From a virus: DNA of 36,218 nucleotides. The position numbers were made by a program, and so were the translations under genes. Of this stretch, positions 16,593 to 25,496 are shown piece after piece. The notes beneath the pieces were generated by a model that did no database searches, was not told where the DNA came from, and worked only from the letters and a program-made list of their open reading frames with translations. Position 1 is the stretch's first letter; every line of letters starts with the position of its first letter. The DNA is taken from IMG/VR virus record IMGVR_UViG_3300045988_122406; one strand, given 5' to 3'.

Positions 16593-16942
16593 AACACCGC
16601 CCTTGTGAGCAAGCCTGTCCCTGTAAGGTAGGTTAATGCCTTACTCTTTCTATTGGCTTGAATTTCAGGCGCTGAGCGTGTCACATAAGACACGGAGTGA
16701 TTTCCGACGCTCTCGCTCGACTTAACGCCTTGATTTTGATTAATATAAATGTCGTCAATTACACTGCAAATTGCAAGCTTATAACGCTTGTTGATGACCT
16801 CGAATTCAAGAGCCGCGCGGTCTAAAACAAGGCGGTCAACAAACGCCGTTGCCTCAATTTGCAATTTTTCAAAGGCGGCGTTGTCGGGAACGGCGTCGCC
16901 TTTGAACACCTCAATATAAAAATTGTAATTCAATTCATCCAT
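16589..16942 (-). CDS. Head-tail connector/adaptor protein (by position)
   Basis: 117-aa ORF directly after the capsid gene. Confidence 0.55.
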   Translation of the reverse strand: MDELNYNFYIEVFKGDAVPDNAAFEKLQIEATAFVDRLVLDRAALEFEVINKRYKLAICSVIDDIYINQNQGVKSSESVGNHSVSYVTRSAPEIQANRKSKALTYLTGTGLLTRAVL

Positions 16943-16956
16943 TCCCGATTAACTCC

Positions 16957-17841
16957 TTACTTACCGGTGGTTGACGCCTCTGCCTGCAAATTCTCGTCAA
17001 GTTCACAAGACTTGTCGGCTACGATAGCCTTTGTTGCGTGAACATAGATAGCCTTGCGCTTTTGGTATCTTACGAACGCATCAAAGCGAATTCTGCCCTC
17101 GCAAAGCCAACCATTAATGCCCGGAGGATTTTGGTGGATGTTGTAATCTTCGAGTTTTTGGGCTGCTGTTGTTGCGATTGGGTGTGTGATGATGAAATTA
17201 ACATTCTCGGGGAGAATGCCTGTGCCTTTAAGAATTGCAACGCCGTCAACCTCGCCCATCTGTCCGCTGATGCGCATATCCATAGCGATGTCGCTCGCCT
17301 TGATGAAATTCTCGTCAAGCTTGAGCATCTTATAAAATGCGTTTGATACATATGCAACCCTGCCCTCTGCCGGAACGCTGTTGTCGTCAAGCTGAGCCTG
17401 TCCGTCGAGGAACACCTCATAAGCTGTTGTCTTGGTGATTGTTCCAGTAGCGCTTGAGCCTACTGCGTTAGTCATTCTTTGCAATCTATATTTGTCGATG
17501 TATGGAATGACAACCTCGTTGAGCTCTCTTGCAAGAGCCGCGCCGACTTCCTGCGTCATCTGTGTGTCATCATAAGACTTGCGGTCAATTGTGAATGTGA
17601 ATGCCTTATCCTGTGAGAGAAGCATTGTCTGCGTGTGGTTGCCGAGCTCATCGGGTGTGCCGTATCTGTTGGTGCCTGTGGTCTGATAATCGTTGAGCGG
17701 TGAGGTGTCAATCGAGTAAACCTTGATTGCACTTGTGCCGTCCCAATCATAGTCGGCGTTTACTGCTGCGCCTGTTCTTGCGCCCTGCGAAAAGCGCTCA
17801 TCGACATTAGTCGAATATTTCTCTGCATAATTTACTGCCAT
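16957..17841 (-). CDS. Major capsid protein
   Basis: 294 aa, follows the scaffold gene. Strongly expressed-looking context. Confidence 0.75.
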   Translation of the reverse strand: MAVNYAEKYSTNVDERFSQGARTGAAVNADYDWDGTSAIKVYSIDTSPLNDYQTTGTNRYGTPDELGNHTQTMLLSQDKAFTFTIDRKSYDDTQMTQEVGAALARELNEVVIPYIDKYRLQRMTNAVGSSATGTITKTTAYEVFLDGQAQLDDNSVPAEGRVAYVSNAFYKMLKLDENFIKASDIAMDMRISGQMGEVDGVAILKGTGILPENVNFIITHPIATTAAQKLEDYNIHQNPPGINGWLCEGRIRFDAFVRYQKRKAIYVHATKAIVADKSCELDENLQAEASTTGK

Positions 17842-17860
17842 TTTGTAGTCCTTTCAATGA

Positions 17861-18436
17861 TTAAGAATTGAAGCCTTTCAAAAAATCGTCCTCATCGTCT
17901 TTTGGCTTGCCGCCGTGGTCAAGACCGCTTGCGCCACCGTTTGGCTTGCCGTCGTCGCCGCCGAAATAATATGATTTGGTCTTTTTAAGCTCGTCCATTT
18001 GCTCTTTAAGACCATTAATGCCGTCGTCATTGACCTTGATTTTTTCAAAATCCAAATGAGGCAAAATGTCGTTGATGTCTTTCGGCTTGTAGTCGCTGAT
18101 GATTCGATTTTCGATTTTGCTTTTTTTGATTTGCGCCTCGTAATTCTTTACGAGGTCGGAACGCTGATTTTCAAAGTCGGTTTTAAGCTTGTCAATCTGA
18201 TTCTGTAACGCTGTGTTGTCGCCTGCTGTTTTCTTCAAGTCGTCATATTCTTTCGACTTGTCATCAAGCAACGCCTTTGTGTCGTCATACTGCTTCTGCA
18301 ATGCGCCGTATTTGGAACTTGAAACAAAATCGCCTTTGCTTATGTCGGCGAGCTTGCCCTCTGTGTCCTTAAGCGCATCGTTAACCGTTTTGAATGTGTC
18401 CTCGTTCAGTTTGTCTTTTAGGATTTCAATATCCAT
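17861..18436 (-). CDS. Scaffolding protein (GP20-like)
   Basis: 191 aa, highly charged coiled coil. GKLADISKGDFVSSSKY motif typical of GP20-family scaffolds. Confidence 0.75.
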   Translation of the reverse strand: MDIEILKDKLNEDTFKTVNDALKDTEGKLADISKGDFVSSSKYGALQKQYDDTKALLDDKSKEYDDLKKTAGDNTALQNQIDKLKTDFENQRSDLVKNYEAQIKKSKIENRIISDYKPKDINDILPHLDFEKIKVNDDGINGLKEQMDELKKTKSYYFGGDDGKPNGGASGLDHGGKPKDDEDDFLKGFNS

Positions 18437-18453
18437 TCTTCTGCTCCTTTGTT

Positions 18454-18604
18454 TTTATATGCGGTGTCATCCGCTGGTGTAGGGCTGTTTTATATGCCTT
18501 GCCGTCGGCAACCTGAGCACTTTATTTGCCATACTCAGGGCAAGCGAACGGTTTATATGCCGCGTTCAGGGCAAATAAGCAGTTTAACGCCTTGCTCAGG
18601 GCAA
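18454..18604. repeat. Five-box intergenic repeat array (units of about 30-35 nt): TTTAT(A/T)TGCC-N4-TCAGGGCAA
   Basis: TTTATATGC at 18454, 18489 and 18552; TTTATTTGC at 18521; TTTAACGCC at 18582. TCAGGGCAA at 18535, 18566 and 18596 (periods of 31 and 30). Confidence 0.8.
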
Positions 18605-18654
18605 TAAAAAAGACAGGCACTTGCGACGACTTATATCGCCGTTTGTGTCTGTCC
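18602..18654 (-). terminator. Rho-independent terminator (second of two after the MuF gene)
   Basis: On the - strand: GGACAGACAC...GTGCCTGTC followed by TTTTTTATTG. Confidence 0.65.
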
Positions 18655-18679
18655 TAATTATTAGATTTGGATATAATAA

Positions 18680-18709
18680 AAGCACAATAGAAATCAATCC
18701 ATTGTGCTT
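18680..18709 (-). terminator. Hairpin overlapping the MuF stop codon
   Basis: On the - strand: AAGCACAAT-N12-ATTGTGCTT followed by TTATTATAT. Confidence 0.55.
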
Positions 18710-19883
18710 AAATAAGGGTGTTTTTTGCAACTTGTTCTTGCACAAGCTCGCGGCTGTAATCGCGTTTTAAGCCGTATTTGTCGCAGTGTGCTTGTAACTC
18801 GGCTTGTCTGTTTTTCAACTTGATTTGCAAGGCTTTCGTTGCGTCTTTGTCGCCTAATGGCTTGATTGCGGCGATTTCCTTTTTTAGCTTTCGGATTTGG
18901 CGTTCTTTGAGCCTCTGCTCCTGCGTGGCTTTGTATATGCGCTTGTTTTCCTCTGTGTCGCCGTATTTAATGGGATTTGGCTTGCTTATTCCGGGAATAA
19001 ATGCAAACATTCTGTGTCGGCAGTTGACACCGCCCAAGCCTAATATATCATCGGGATAGCCTGTCGCCTCTTTAAGATTTCGATGCTTTTTGTCGTGTCC
19101 CTCAATTTTGAAAATGCCGCCCTGCCATCCTGCATGATTTGCTATCGGATTTGTCGGGTGCGTTCTCGCGCCCAAGTGCGAGGATATTTCGACATAGTCC
19201 GCGCCAATTTCTTTTACAAGCTGCAACGAGCTTTTGTTAGCAAGCTGATGAACGGCGGTGACTGTGTCACGCCTGATGACGCCCTCAATACTGTACTCCG
19301 TATATGTATAGCTGCCGTCCGCGTTCTTGCGCTTATATGTCGCGCCTGTAATGCCTCGCCGTGCCATTCTCTGCAAGCCTTTTTTTAAGCTCTCTTGCAA
19401 GCTGTAATTGCCGCTTGCTACCTCGACATAAGCCGTGTTAAGCGTGTTAATATATGCCTGTTTGGCGCTTTCGACCGCCTTTGTTTGAATAAGGCTAAAA
19501 GTCTTTGTTAAATCCTTATAGCTCAATTCGGCAATCTCACGCAATATGGGGCTTTGCATTGCGACAACAGGGTCAACGGCTATAATATCGCGGTCATACG
19601 CCCTTGTAAGCGGCTCAAGGTCAATATTAAGTCCCTGCGCCTCTGTGATAAGCTTCTTAATCTCTGCCTCGCTTTTGCCGCTGTATTTTGCGAATATTTT
19701 TAGCAATTCGGGGGTGATTTTTTGAAATTCTTGTAACTTCTTGAGCCGATATTCAAGCATACCGTCCGCCTTGTCATATGTCGCAAGGCGGTTTGCGATG
19801 TCAACAATCAAATCATATTCAATCTGCTGATATATCGTGCATATCGGGTCAATTAACTTGCTGACTTCGTTATCTGTAAGCAT
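18708..19883 (-). CDS. Head morphogenesis protein, SPP1 gp7 / Mu F family
   Basis: 391 aa, directly after the portal gene. ...HLGARTHPTNPIANHAGWQGGIF...GGVNCRHRMFAFIPG pattern. Confidence 0.8.
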   Translation of the reverse strand: MLTDNEVSKLIDPICTIYQQIEYDLIVDIANRLATYDKADGMLEYRLKKLQEFQKITPELLKIFAKYSGKSEAEIKKLITEAQGLNIDLEPLTRAYDRDIIAVDPVVAMQSPILREIAELSYKDLTKTFSLIQTKAVESAKQAYINTLNTAYVEVASGNYSLQESLKKGLQRMARRGITGATYKRKNADGSYTYTEYSIEGVIRRDTVTAVHQLANKSSLQLVKEIGADYVEISSHLGARTHPTNPIANHAGWQGGIFKIEGHDKKHRNLKEATGYPDDILGLGGVNCRHRMFAFIPGISKPNPIKYGDTEENKRIYKATQEQRLKERQIRKLKKEIAAIKPLGDKDATKALQIKLKNRQAELQAHCDKYGLKRDYSRELVQEQVAKNTLI

Positions 19884-19887
19884 TTAA

Positions 19888-21324
19888 TCACTCCTGCGGA
19901 GGTTCTTCCTCGATATTTCGCCATGCAAGCTCCGCATTTCTTTCGTCTTGCATTTGTTTTGCGTACTGCGCCGCTTTCTTGTCGTCAAATCCATAAACGC
20001 GGCGATAATATTCTTGCGCACTTATAAGCTCAGCGTTGTAATCGGTCAAAGCCATTTGCCGTTTTTCGGTTGTGTCCTCGATGATTGAATCGTCAAAATC
20101 AACCGTAATCGCTAAATCGTCGGGGACGGTGATGTCACCGATGAATTGCTCTTGCAATTCAAGCAATGCGCGTGACATTGTCACAATTGCAGCGTTCAAA
20201 AGAATTTCATGCTTTCGCAAAGTCCTAAATTCCTTTGAATTTTCGCTTATAATCTGTGTAGCGGTTGTGACATTTCCCTGATTCCACTTGTAATGATTCT
20301 CGCCGAATCCACATTTTTGACCGAGCAAATTAAGTTGTGTCTGCAATGCCGCCTCGTGCTCGCTCACCCTCAATTGCATGTTGCTCTCGATAATCGGCAA
20401 ATCGTTACCGCTGTTGTCGTCAGGCAAGCGATAAAACGCTGTATCGTTCGGGTCGAACACTGGGAGCGTTTCGCCTGTATTTGGGTCGACATTAAATCTT
20501 GCGACACCATCAGAAACGAAAACTCTCTTCCTGCCGAGCGTAAACTCGTTGTCAAGTGAGTCATATTCATTGTCGATTGACTTCAACACATCGATTGCAC
20601 CGCTGAACACGCTAACGCCGTACGGATTGTTTGGGTCGTTTTTTCGTGCCTTATTTGGCTTAACCATTTGGAATTTTGGCGTCTTTGAATGTGTTTCGAA
20701 TTTTTCTAACAGTTTATGCTGTTTGTAAAAGTCTTTACTTACCTCAACAAGCTTTTTGTTCTTGTTCGCAAGCAAATAGTTGTCAATTACATACTCGTTG
20801 TTGTTATCAAGTGTGTGGACCTCTATATATTCATAAGGCTGACCGCCGATGATTTGCTCGCTTGTGAAAGCTGCCTCAATCAATGCGCCGCTCTTGAATG
20901 TAATCGGTATCATTCTATCTTGTGTGACATATTTAATATTGATTTTTTCGCCGTCGAAATACTCAATAAAAAAGCCGCCGCCAAGCGCGAAACTGCGCTC
21001 AAGCAATTGATTGCCTGCGGTAAAGAAATTTGCAGCCTTTAGAATTTGGTCGAGTTTTTCCTCACACCTCTTGTCACTGCAAGAAATCGCTACCTTTTCG
21101 GTGATTGTTAAATCTGCCCAATCTTGGCAGACTGTTTCGCCCATTCCGAGCGACTTCCTTGCCTGCTGTACGGTCTTTTTACCTTGATATACCTTATATT
21201 TGTGAAATCCCGGAACATTCCCGACATACCACTCACGCCACAACCTCAACTCTGCGTCGATGTTTGCCGGCTGTTCAATCTTAAGTCCTTTGTTTTTTAA
21301 AAAGTCGATAACTTGTTTATTCAT
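19888..21324 (-). CDS. Portal protein (SPP1 gp6-like)
   Basis: 478 aa, immediately downstream of terL. Confidence 0.85.
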   Translation of the reverse strand: MNKQVIDFLKNKGLKIEQPANIDAELRLWREWYVGNVPGFHKYKVYQGKKTVQQARKSLGMGETVCQDWADLTITEKVAISCSDKRCEEKLDQILKAANFFTAGNQLLERSFALGGGFFIEYFDGEKINIKYVTQDRMIPITFKSGALIEAAFTSEQIIGGQPYEYIEVHTLDNNNEYVIDNYLLANKNKKLVEVSKDFYKQHKLLEKFETHSKTPKFQMVKPNKARKNDPNNPYGVSVFSGAIDVLKSIDNEYDSLDNEFTLGRKRVFVSDGVARFNVDPNTGETLPVFDPNDTAFYRLPDDNSGNDLPIIESNMQLRVSEHEAALQTQLNLLGQKCGFGENHYKWNQGNVTTATQIISENSKEFRTLRKHEILLNAAIVTMSRALLELQEQFIGDITVPDDLAITVDFDDSIIEDTTEKRQMALTDYNAELISAQEYYRRVYGFDDKKAAQYAKQMQDERNAELAWRNIEEEPPQE

Positions 21325-22667
21325 TAATTCCTTAACCTCATTAAGCCGTTGATATATGGCTCAAAACTATACTCGGTCGCGTCGATGTTGTCGATATTCG
21401 TGCTGCCGTCGTCAAGCCTTTGGTCGACGGATTTCTCCGTTTTAACATGCTTGTCATCCCAAAGTGCCTCGTTGAATGCGCTGTAAGTCTCTTTACAGCT
21501 TGACACGAATAACATACGCTTTTGCGTGATTAAGCTTGCCCCTGCCCTGATTCTGTCAATAATCGGACCTTTTCGCGCGTTCTTAACAGCAAGGGGAAGT
21601 TTTGCTTTTATAACGGCGTTCCTTATGCCGTTGATGAGCACTTGCTCCGCGCTATCGCAATAGACCGTGTGCAATTGCGGATAGTCATTTACACACTTTT
21701 TCGCAAAATCAACAAAACGCCGTTCCAATTCGGTCGGCGTTATCATTTCTTTTATTTTTACTTCGTCGGCAACAATAAGCTCGTCAAAGCCCTGTGTTAT
21801 GAGCGTCAAATCGAACGCTGTCGCCGAGCCGTTACCGCCAAAATCGACACCGATTGTGGCAAGCATAACCTTATTACGCATAGGGTGAGAAAAGCCGCCC
21901 TGTGCCGTCCTGTTCCATTCTGCAACATCAATGATGTTGTCCTTGTCAAGGGTTGTATATATGCGCCCTTGAGCTGCTACCCATAGCCCCTTAATGAATC
22001 GGTCATAAAAGACGCCCTCATACATTGAACGATAGCGTTCTTTTACTTTTTCGCTTAAAGACAAGTTGTCGTTCATCGTAAAATGCAAATAAAGGATGTT
22101 TTTATCTTTTGTTTTGTCAACCCATTCTTTTTTAAACCAATGTTCGGGATTTTCGGGGTTGCAGTTAAACCAAAACTTTGAGCCGTCAACCGAACATCTC
22201 GCCGTTGCCTGATTAACAAACGATTGCGGCATAAGCGCAACCTCGTCAAATAGACAGCCTGCGAGTGTCATTCCTTGTATAAGGTCTTGTGAGCTTTCGT
22301 CGCGACCGCCAAAAATCCAAAAGTCGTTGGAAACGCTTCCCTTGGTAACTGTTAAGCGGTTATCTGTTCGCCTGTAATCGGTCTTATAACCTCTGCCATT
22401 AAGCACAAGCAAAAGAAAAGACAAAACATTGCGCCTGAACGACGCAATTGTTTTTCCGCACATTCCGAAATTCTGAGCGTTGAAATTCTCCATTGCCCAT
22501 ATAACATAAGACAAGGACATTACAAGGGTTTTTCCGCTTCTTATTGCTCCGTCTGCAATGATGCCGTCCTTGTTGTTCATAGGCGATTTTTCGCACCACC
22601 AAGTCAAAACTTTTTTTTGCTTGACAGAAAAAGGGGTAAAATGAAAAGCTACTTGTTGTCGTCCCAT
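21324..22667 (-). CDS. terL: Terminase large subunit
   Basis: 447 aa. Walker A-like GAIRSGKT, and an LFDEV Walker B-like motif. Confidence 0.9.
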   Translation of the reverse strand: MGRQQVAFHFTPFSVKQKKVLTWWCEKSPMNNKDGIIADGAIRSGKTLVMSLSYVIWAMENFNAQNFGMCGKTIASFRRNVLSFLLLVLNGRGYKTDYRRTDNRLTVTKGSVSNDFWIFGGRDESSQDLIQGMTLAGCLFDEVALMPQSFVNQATARCSVDGSKFWFNCNPENPEHWFKKEWVDKTKDKNILYLHFTMNDNLSLSEKVKERYRSMYEGVFYDRFIKGLWVAAQGRIYTTLDKDNIIDVAEWNRTAQGGFSHPMRNKVMLATIGVDFGGNGSATAFDLTLITQGFDELIVADEVKIKEMITPTELERRFVDFAKKCVNDYPQLHTVYCDSAEQVLINGIRNAVIKAKLPLAVKNARKGPIIDRIRAGASLITQKRMLFVSSCKETYSAFNEALWDDKHVKTEKSVDQRLDDGSTNIDNIDATEYSFEPYINGLMRLRN

Positions 22668-23062
22668 TCAATGCCTCCTGCCGCCTCGTTCATCGCCTCA
22701 ATGAAGCCGTCGCTTGTGCTCTCCTCGACTGTCGGCGGAATATTCAACGGATTTTGTCCTGCCGTGTCGCGGATAAACTCCGCCGCTCGTGTGTCGCCGT
22801 TTTGAATTGCTTTCTTAATTTGCGCAAGCAATATTGCAGCGGCTACACTCACATTTTTATTGTTAACATCGTCAAGGCTCTTGACATCCTGCACCCTGCC
22901 GTTGTGAATTCCAACTTCAAGCAAGGCTTCAGCAAGCTCTCTCATCTCTTTGCGCTTGCGTTTAGCCTTGCCGCTTGCAATTCCTGCCTTTCGGGCGTTC
23001 TCTCGGCGAACTTCTGCCGGAAGGCTATTAGCTGTTAAATTGTTAATATTGCCCTTCGGCAT
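22649..23062 (-). CDS. terS: Terminase small subunit
   Basis: 137 aa, basic N-terminal DNA-binding region (RRENARKAGIASGKAKRKRK). Overlaps the terL start. Confidence 0.75.
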   Translation of the reverse strand: MPKGNINNLTANSLPAEVRRENARKAGIASGKAKRKRKEMRELAEALLEVGIHNGRVQDVKSLDDVNNKNVSVAAAILLAQIKKAIQNGDTRAAEFIRDTAGQNPLNIPPTVEESTSDGFIEAMNEAAGGIEWDDNK

Positions 23063-23097
23063 TCAATTCACCTCGCTTTTTTATCGTCATTTTAGAG

Positions 23098-23772
23098 TTA
23101 CCAACGCGCTTTTCTAACTTCGATATATTCGTATCCATAGCGCTCAACATGAGCATTTTTCCACATTCTCTTTGCCGTGCCGATATATACCTGATTGCTT
23201 TTATTGCCGAGTGACTTTCCCTTCTTGGCTAATTCTTTAGTGACTTTATCCACTCTTTTCGCGGCATCTCTTTTATATCGCGAATCAAATCGATGAGCTA
23301 TATCTGACATACGCTTTCTATCTTGCGAACCGCCTTTATTTCTAAAAATATATGTATGTTCATTTGGTCCGTTGGTCACCGCACGCGATTCGCCAAACTT
23401 AAATCTCGTGTGTACCTGTATATCCGCGCCTGAAAACGAGCCGCCTATTACTCTGCCGTTGCTATATGGGTGATTGTGTGTCATAGTATATGCATCTTTG
23501 AATCCGGGCGCATATGAAGGAATTGCAACGCTTCCTTTGTTTCCGCTTGTTCCGGCTACAATCAAATTACCGTCCTTGTCAAAAATGCCTATATATTCTG
23601 TTTTTTTATCCCTGATTGCATTTTCAAATTCGTGAATGCTCATTCCGCGATATCTGTCGGTTCTATCGTAAAAACGAGATACATTTCGCCCTGTATCGGA
23701 TGTTGAATCACCGCCGCCGTAACCGCTATCTGCACCTCGTGAACCAAATAATTGCAATTCGATTTCTAACAT
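23098..23772 (-). CDS. JAB/MPN-like (RadC-like HNHP...SGAD) protein with a ribosomal-L27-like N-terminal leader MLEIELQLFG
   Basis: GGAAGGTGA RBS before ATG 23772. The leader resembles the Firmicute L27 pro-sequence ML..NLQ(F/L)FA. Core EYIGIF...THNHPYSNGRVIGGSFSGADI. Confidence 0.6.
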   Translation of the reverse strand: MLEIELQLFGSRGADSGYGGGDSTSDTGRNVSRFYDRTDRYRGMSIHEFENAIRDKKTEYIGIFDKDGNLIVAGTSGNKGSVAIPSYAPGFKDAYTMTHNHPYSNGRVIGGSFSGADIQVHTRFKFGESRAVTNGPNEHTYIFRNKGGSQDRKRMSDIAHRFDSRYKRDAAKRVDKVTKELAKKGKSLGNKSNQVYIGTAKRMWKNAHVERYGYEYIEVRKARW

Positions 23773-23790
23773 TTTATTTCTCACCTTCCA

Positions 23791-23820
23791 AAATAAAAAG
23801 GCGTTGTAAAAAACAACGCC
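23791..23820 (-). terminator. Strong terminator between the early/middle genes and the packaging operon
   Basis: GGCGTTGT-TTTTT-ACAACGCC followed by TTTTTATTT on the - strand. Confidence 0.8.
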
Positions 23821-23842
23821 TTAAATATTTACTTAATCAAAA

Positions 23843-24088
23843 TTAATCTAACGCATAATACTCGCCATCTTTAAGCACCGGAATTCGTCCGTATTTCTGC
23901 AACACTCTTGTTTCTTCCTCAAAAGTTGTTGCTTTTTCAAATTCCTCCCCAAATGCACGGTCCTCTTCGGTTTCTGCCCAAATGTCTTCTTCGTCCCATT
24001 CTTTTTCTGCTTCGTCTAATACCTTTTTGAGGACTTCGTTGACTTCCTCGTCCGTTGCCTGCGGCAAATTGTCTTTATTTGAATTCAT
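23843..24088 (-). CDS. 81-aa highly acidic protein
   Basis: About 26 of 81 residues are D/E by my count (EKEWDEEDIWAETEEDRAFGEEFE...). Confidence 0.7.
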   Translation of the reverse strand: MNSNKDNLPQATDEEVNEVLKKVLDEAEKEWDEEDIWAETEEDRAFGEEFEKATTFEEETRVLQKYGRIPVLKDGEYYALD

Positions 24089-24121
24089 TTTTTTATCTCC
24101 TTTCGTTTTTTATTAATTTAA

Positions 24122-25222
24122 TTATAAATCATTTTGTGACTGTTTACAAGAGCTTTTTTTGTGTAGTTTCATTCTTTCTGTAACCTGATTGTCAAAATAT
24201 CGGACATCGATGCTACCATAATCAAAATCAAGCTTTCCGCCGTAAACAAGAATTGTTTGCGGCTTCAATCGTTTAATCATCTCGTGCATTCCGTCATTCC
24301 ATATCGCAAGGCTTTCGCCTTTTTTAACGCCTATCGTGCTAACAGCGACAACCGAATTTTGCGGAATACCGTCGAAACAAAACTCATATGTTGCCGGTTC
24401 CGCCCACTGTACGGTTGGAATGACTTCCATTCCACAATCTTGCCAAAATTGACCCAACAGCCTGCTGCGGTAGACATTCCATATTTTCATTGCCAACGGC
24501 ATATCCATATATAGGGAGAAGTCAGGCGTCAATATGCAGTCGAATTTCAAAATATCGTCAATGTATAGTTGTGGACTATTCCACAACCTTTCAAACTGAT
24601 AGTCATCGATAAAGCAGTGAATGCCGACATTGTGGTCCTGCGTCGACTTCATATAGTTAAACCCAATTAATTCATTGGGGATGATTTGTGATTTGTCAAT
24701 TAGCGGCATTTGATATTTGCCGACGGCACGCTCCTCATCGTAAAGCTGTAAGTTATATGAGTTTACTGTTCTGATTCTTTCGTTCGGCTTTTCGTCTGTG
24801 ATTTCTTTATAATCATCATCGCCGTCATCACTCGATATAAAGCCAAAGTTGCTAAAATCAAAGTCAACGCTTAAATCTGACATTTCCGCGTTAAGATTCT
24901 CAAAATCCCACGAACTGTTTTCGGCTGTCTTGTTATGAGCTATGCCGTAAGCTCGGCGCTCCTCATCGCTGAGAAAGTCAAGCCTTATTGTCGGGACTTC
25001 CGTGTAACCGAGCTCTTTGAGAGCTTGCAATCTTCCCTGCCCCTCAACAATGATATTATCATCGCCCCAAACGCCTATAGGGCCACACATTCCGAATTGC
25101 TCAATACTGTTCTTGATGCATTGAATGTCGTCCGCGTGGTGTGCCCTTGCGTTTTTCTTATTCGGCGTCAATTTGCCGATAGAAATATATTCTATTCTTA
25201 ATGTTGTATCTTTCAAATTCAT
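24122..25222 (-). CDS. ParB-like nuclease domain fused to a DUF4417-like domain
   Basis: GGTGA RBS before ATG 25222. N-terminal LTPNKKNARAHHADDIQCIKNSIEQFG...VEGQGRLQAL (ParB/Srx). The C-terminal FIDDYQFERLW...TPDFSLYMDMP resembles DUF4417. Confidence 0.75.
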   Translation of the reverse strand: MNLKDTTLRIEYISIGKLTPNKKNARAHHADDIQCIKNSIEQFGMCGPIGVWGDDNIIVEGQGRLQALKELGYTEVPTIRLDFLSDEERRAYGIAHNKTAENSSWDFENLNAEMSDLSVDFDFSNFGFISSDDGDDDYKEITDEKPNERIRTVNSYNLQLYDEERAVGKYQMPLIDKSQIIPNELIGFNYMKSTQDHNVGIHCFIDDYQFERLWNSPQLYIDDILKFDCILTPDFSLYMDMPLAMKIWNVYRSRLLGQFWQDCGMEVIPTVQWAEPATYEFCFDGIPQNSVVAVSTIGVKKGESLAIWNDGMHEMIKRLKPQTILVYGGKLDFDYGSIDVRYFDNQVTERMKLHKKSSCKQSQNDL

Positions 25223-25342
25223 ATAATCACCAACGAGAAACGGCGACACGCTTTGTGCCGCCGTCAAGGAGAATAAAAAAGAGGTAAAAAATGAAAACTG
25301 TAATATCTGTGTGATGTCCTCTATCAATCTATCACATTATAT

Positions 25343-25387
25343 ATGTTACCACTTTTTTCGGTAACATTCCATAACAAAAGGTAACAT
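25343..25387. promoter_or_regulatory. Operator-like motif set: ATGTTACC (25343-25350) inverted to GGTAACAT (25360-25367), plus a direct copy (25380-25387)
   Basis: Exact 8-mers in the divergent intergenic region. A possible - strand promoter (TTACCG-17-TATAAT, -10 at 25336-25341) overlaps them. Confidence 0.6.
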
Positions 25388-25422
25388 TTTTTTATATTTT
25401 CGCATTTTTTGCAAAAAAACAC

Positions 25423-25451
25423 TTGACTTTGGGTACACAAAGTATTATAAT
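25423..25451 (+). promoter_or_regulatory. Consensus sigma-70-type promoter for the + strand island
   Basis: TTGACT (25423-25428), 17 nt, TATAAT (25446-25451). Confidence 0.8.
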
Positions 25452-25496
25452 AAAATCAGAAATTAAGGGTAGCGACCGACGCTGAGGTTTAATATT

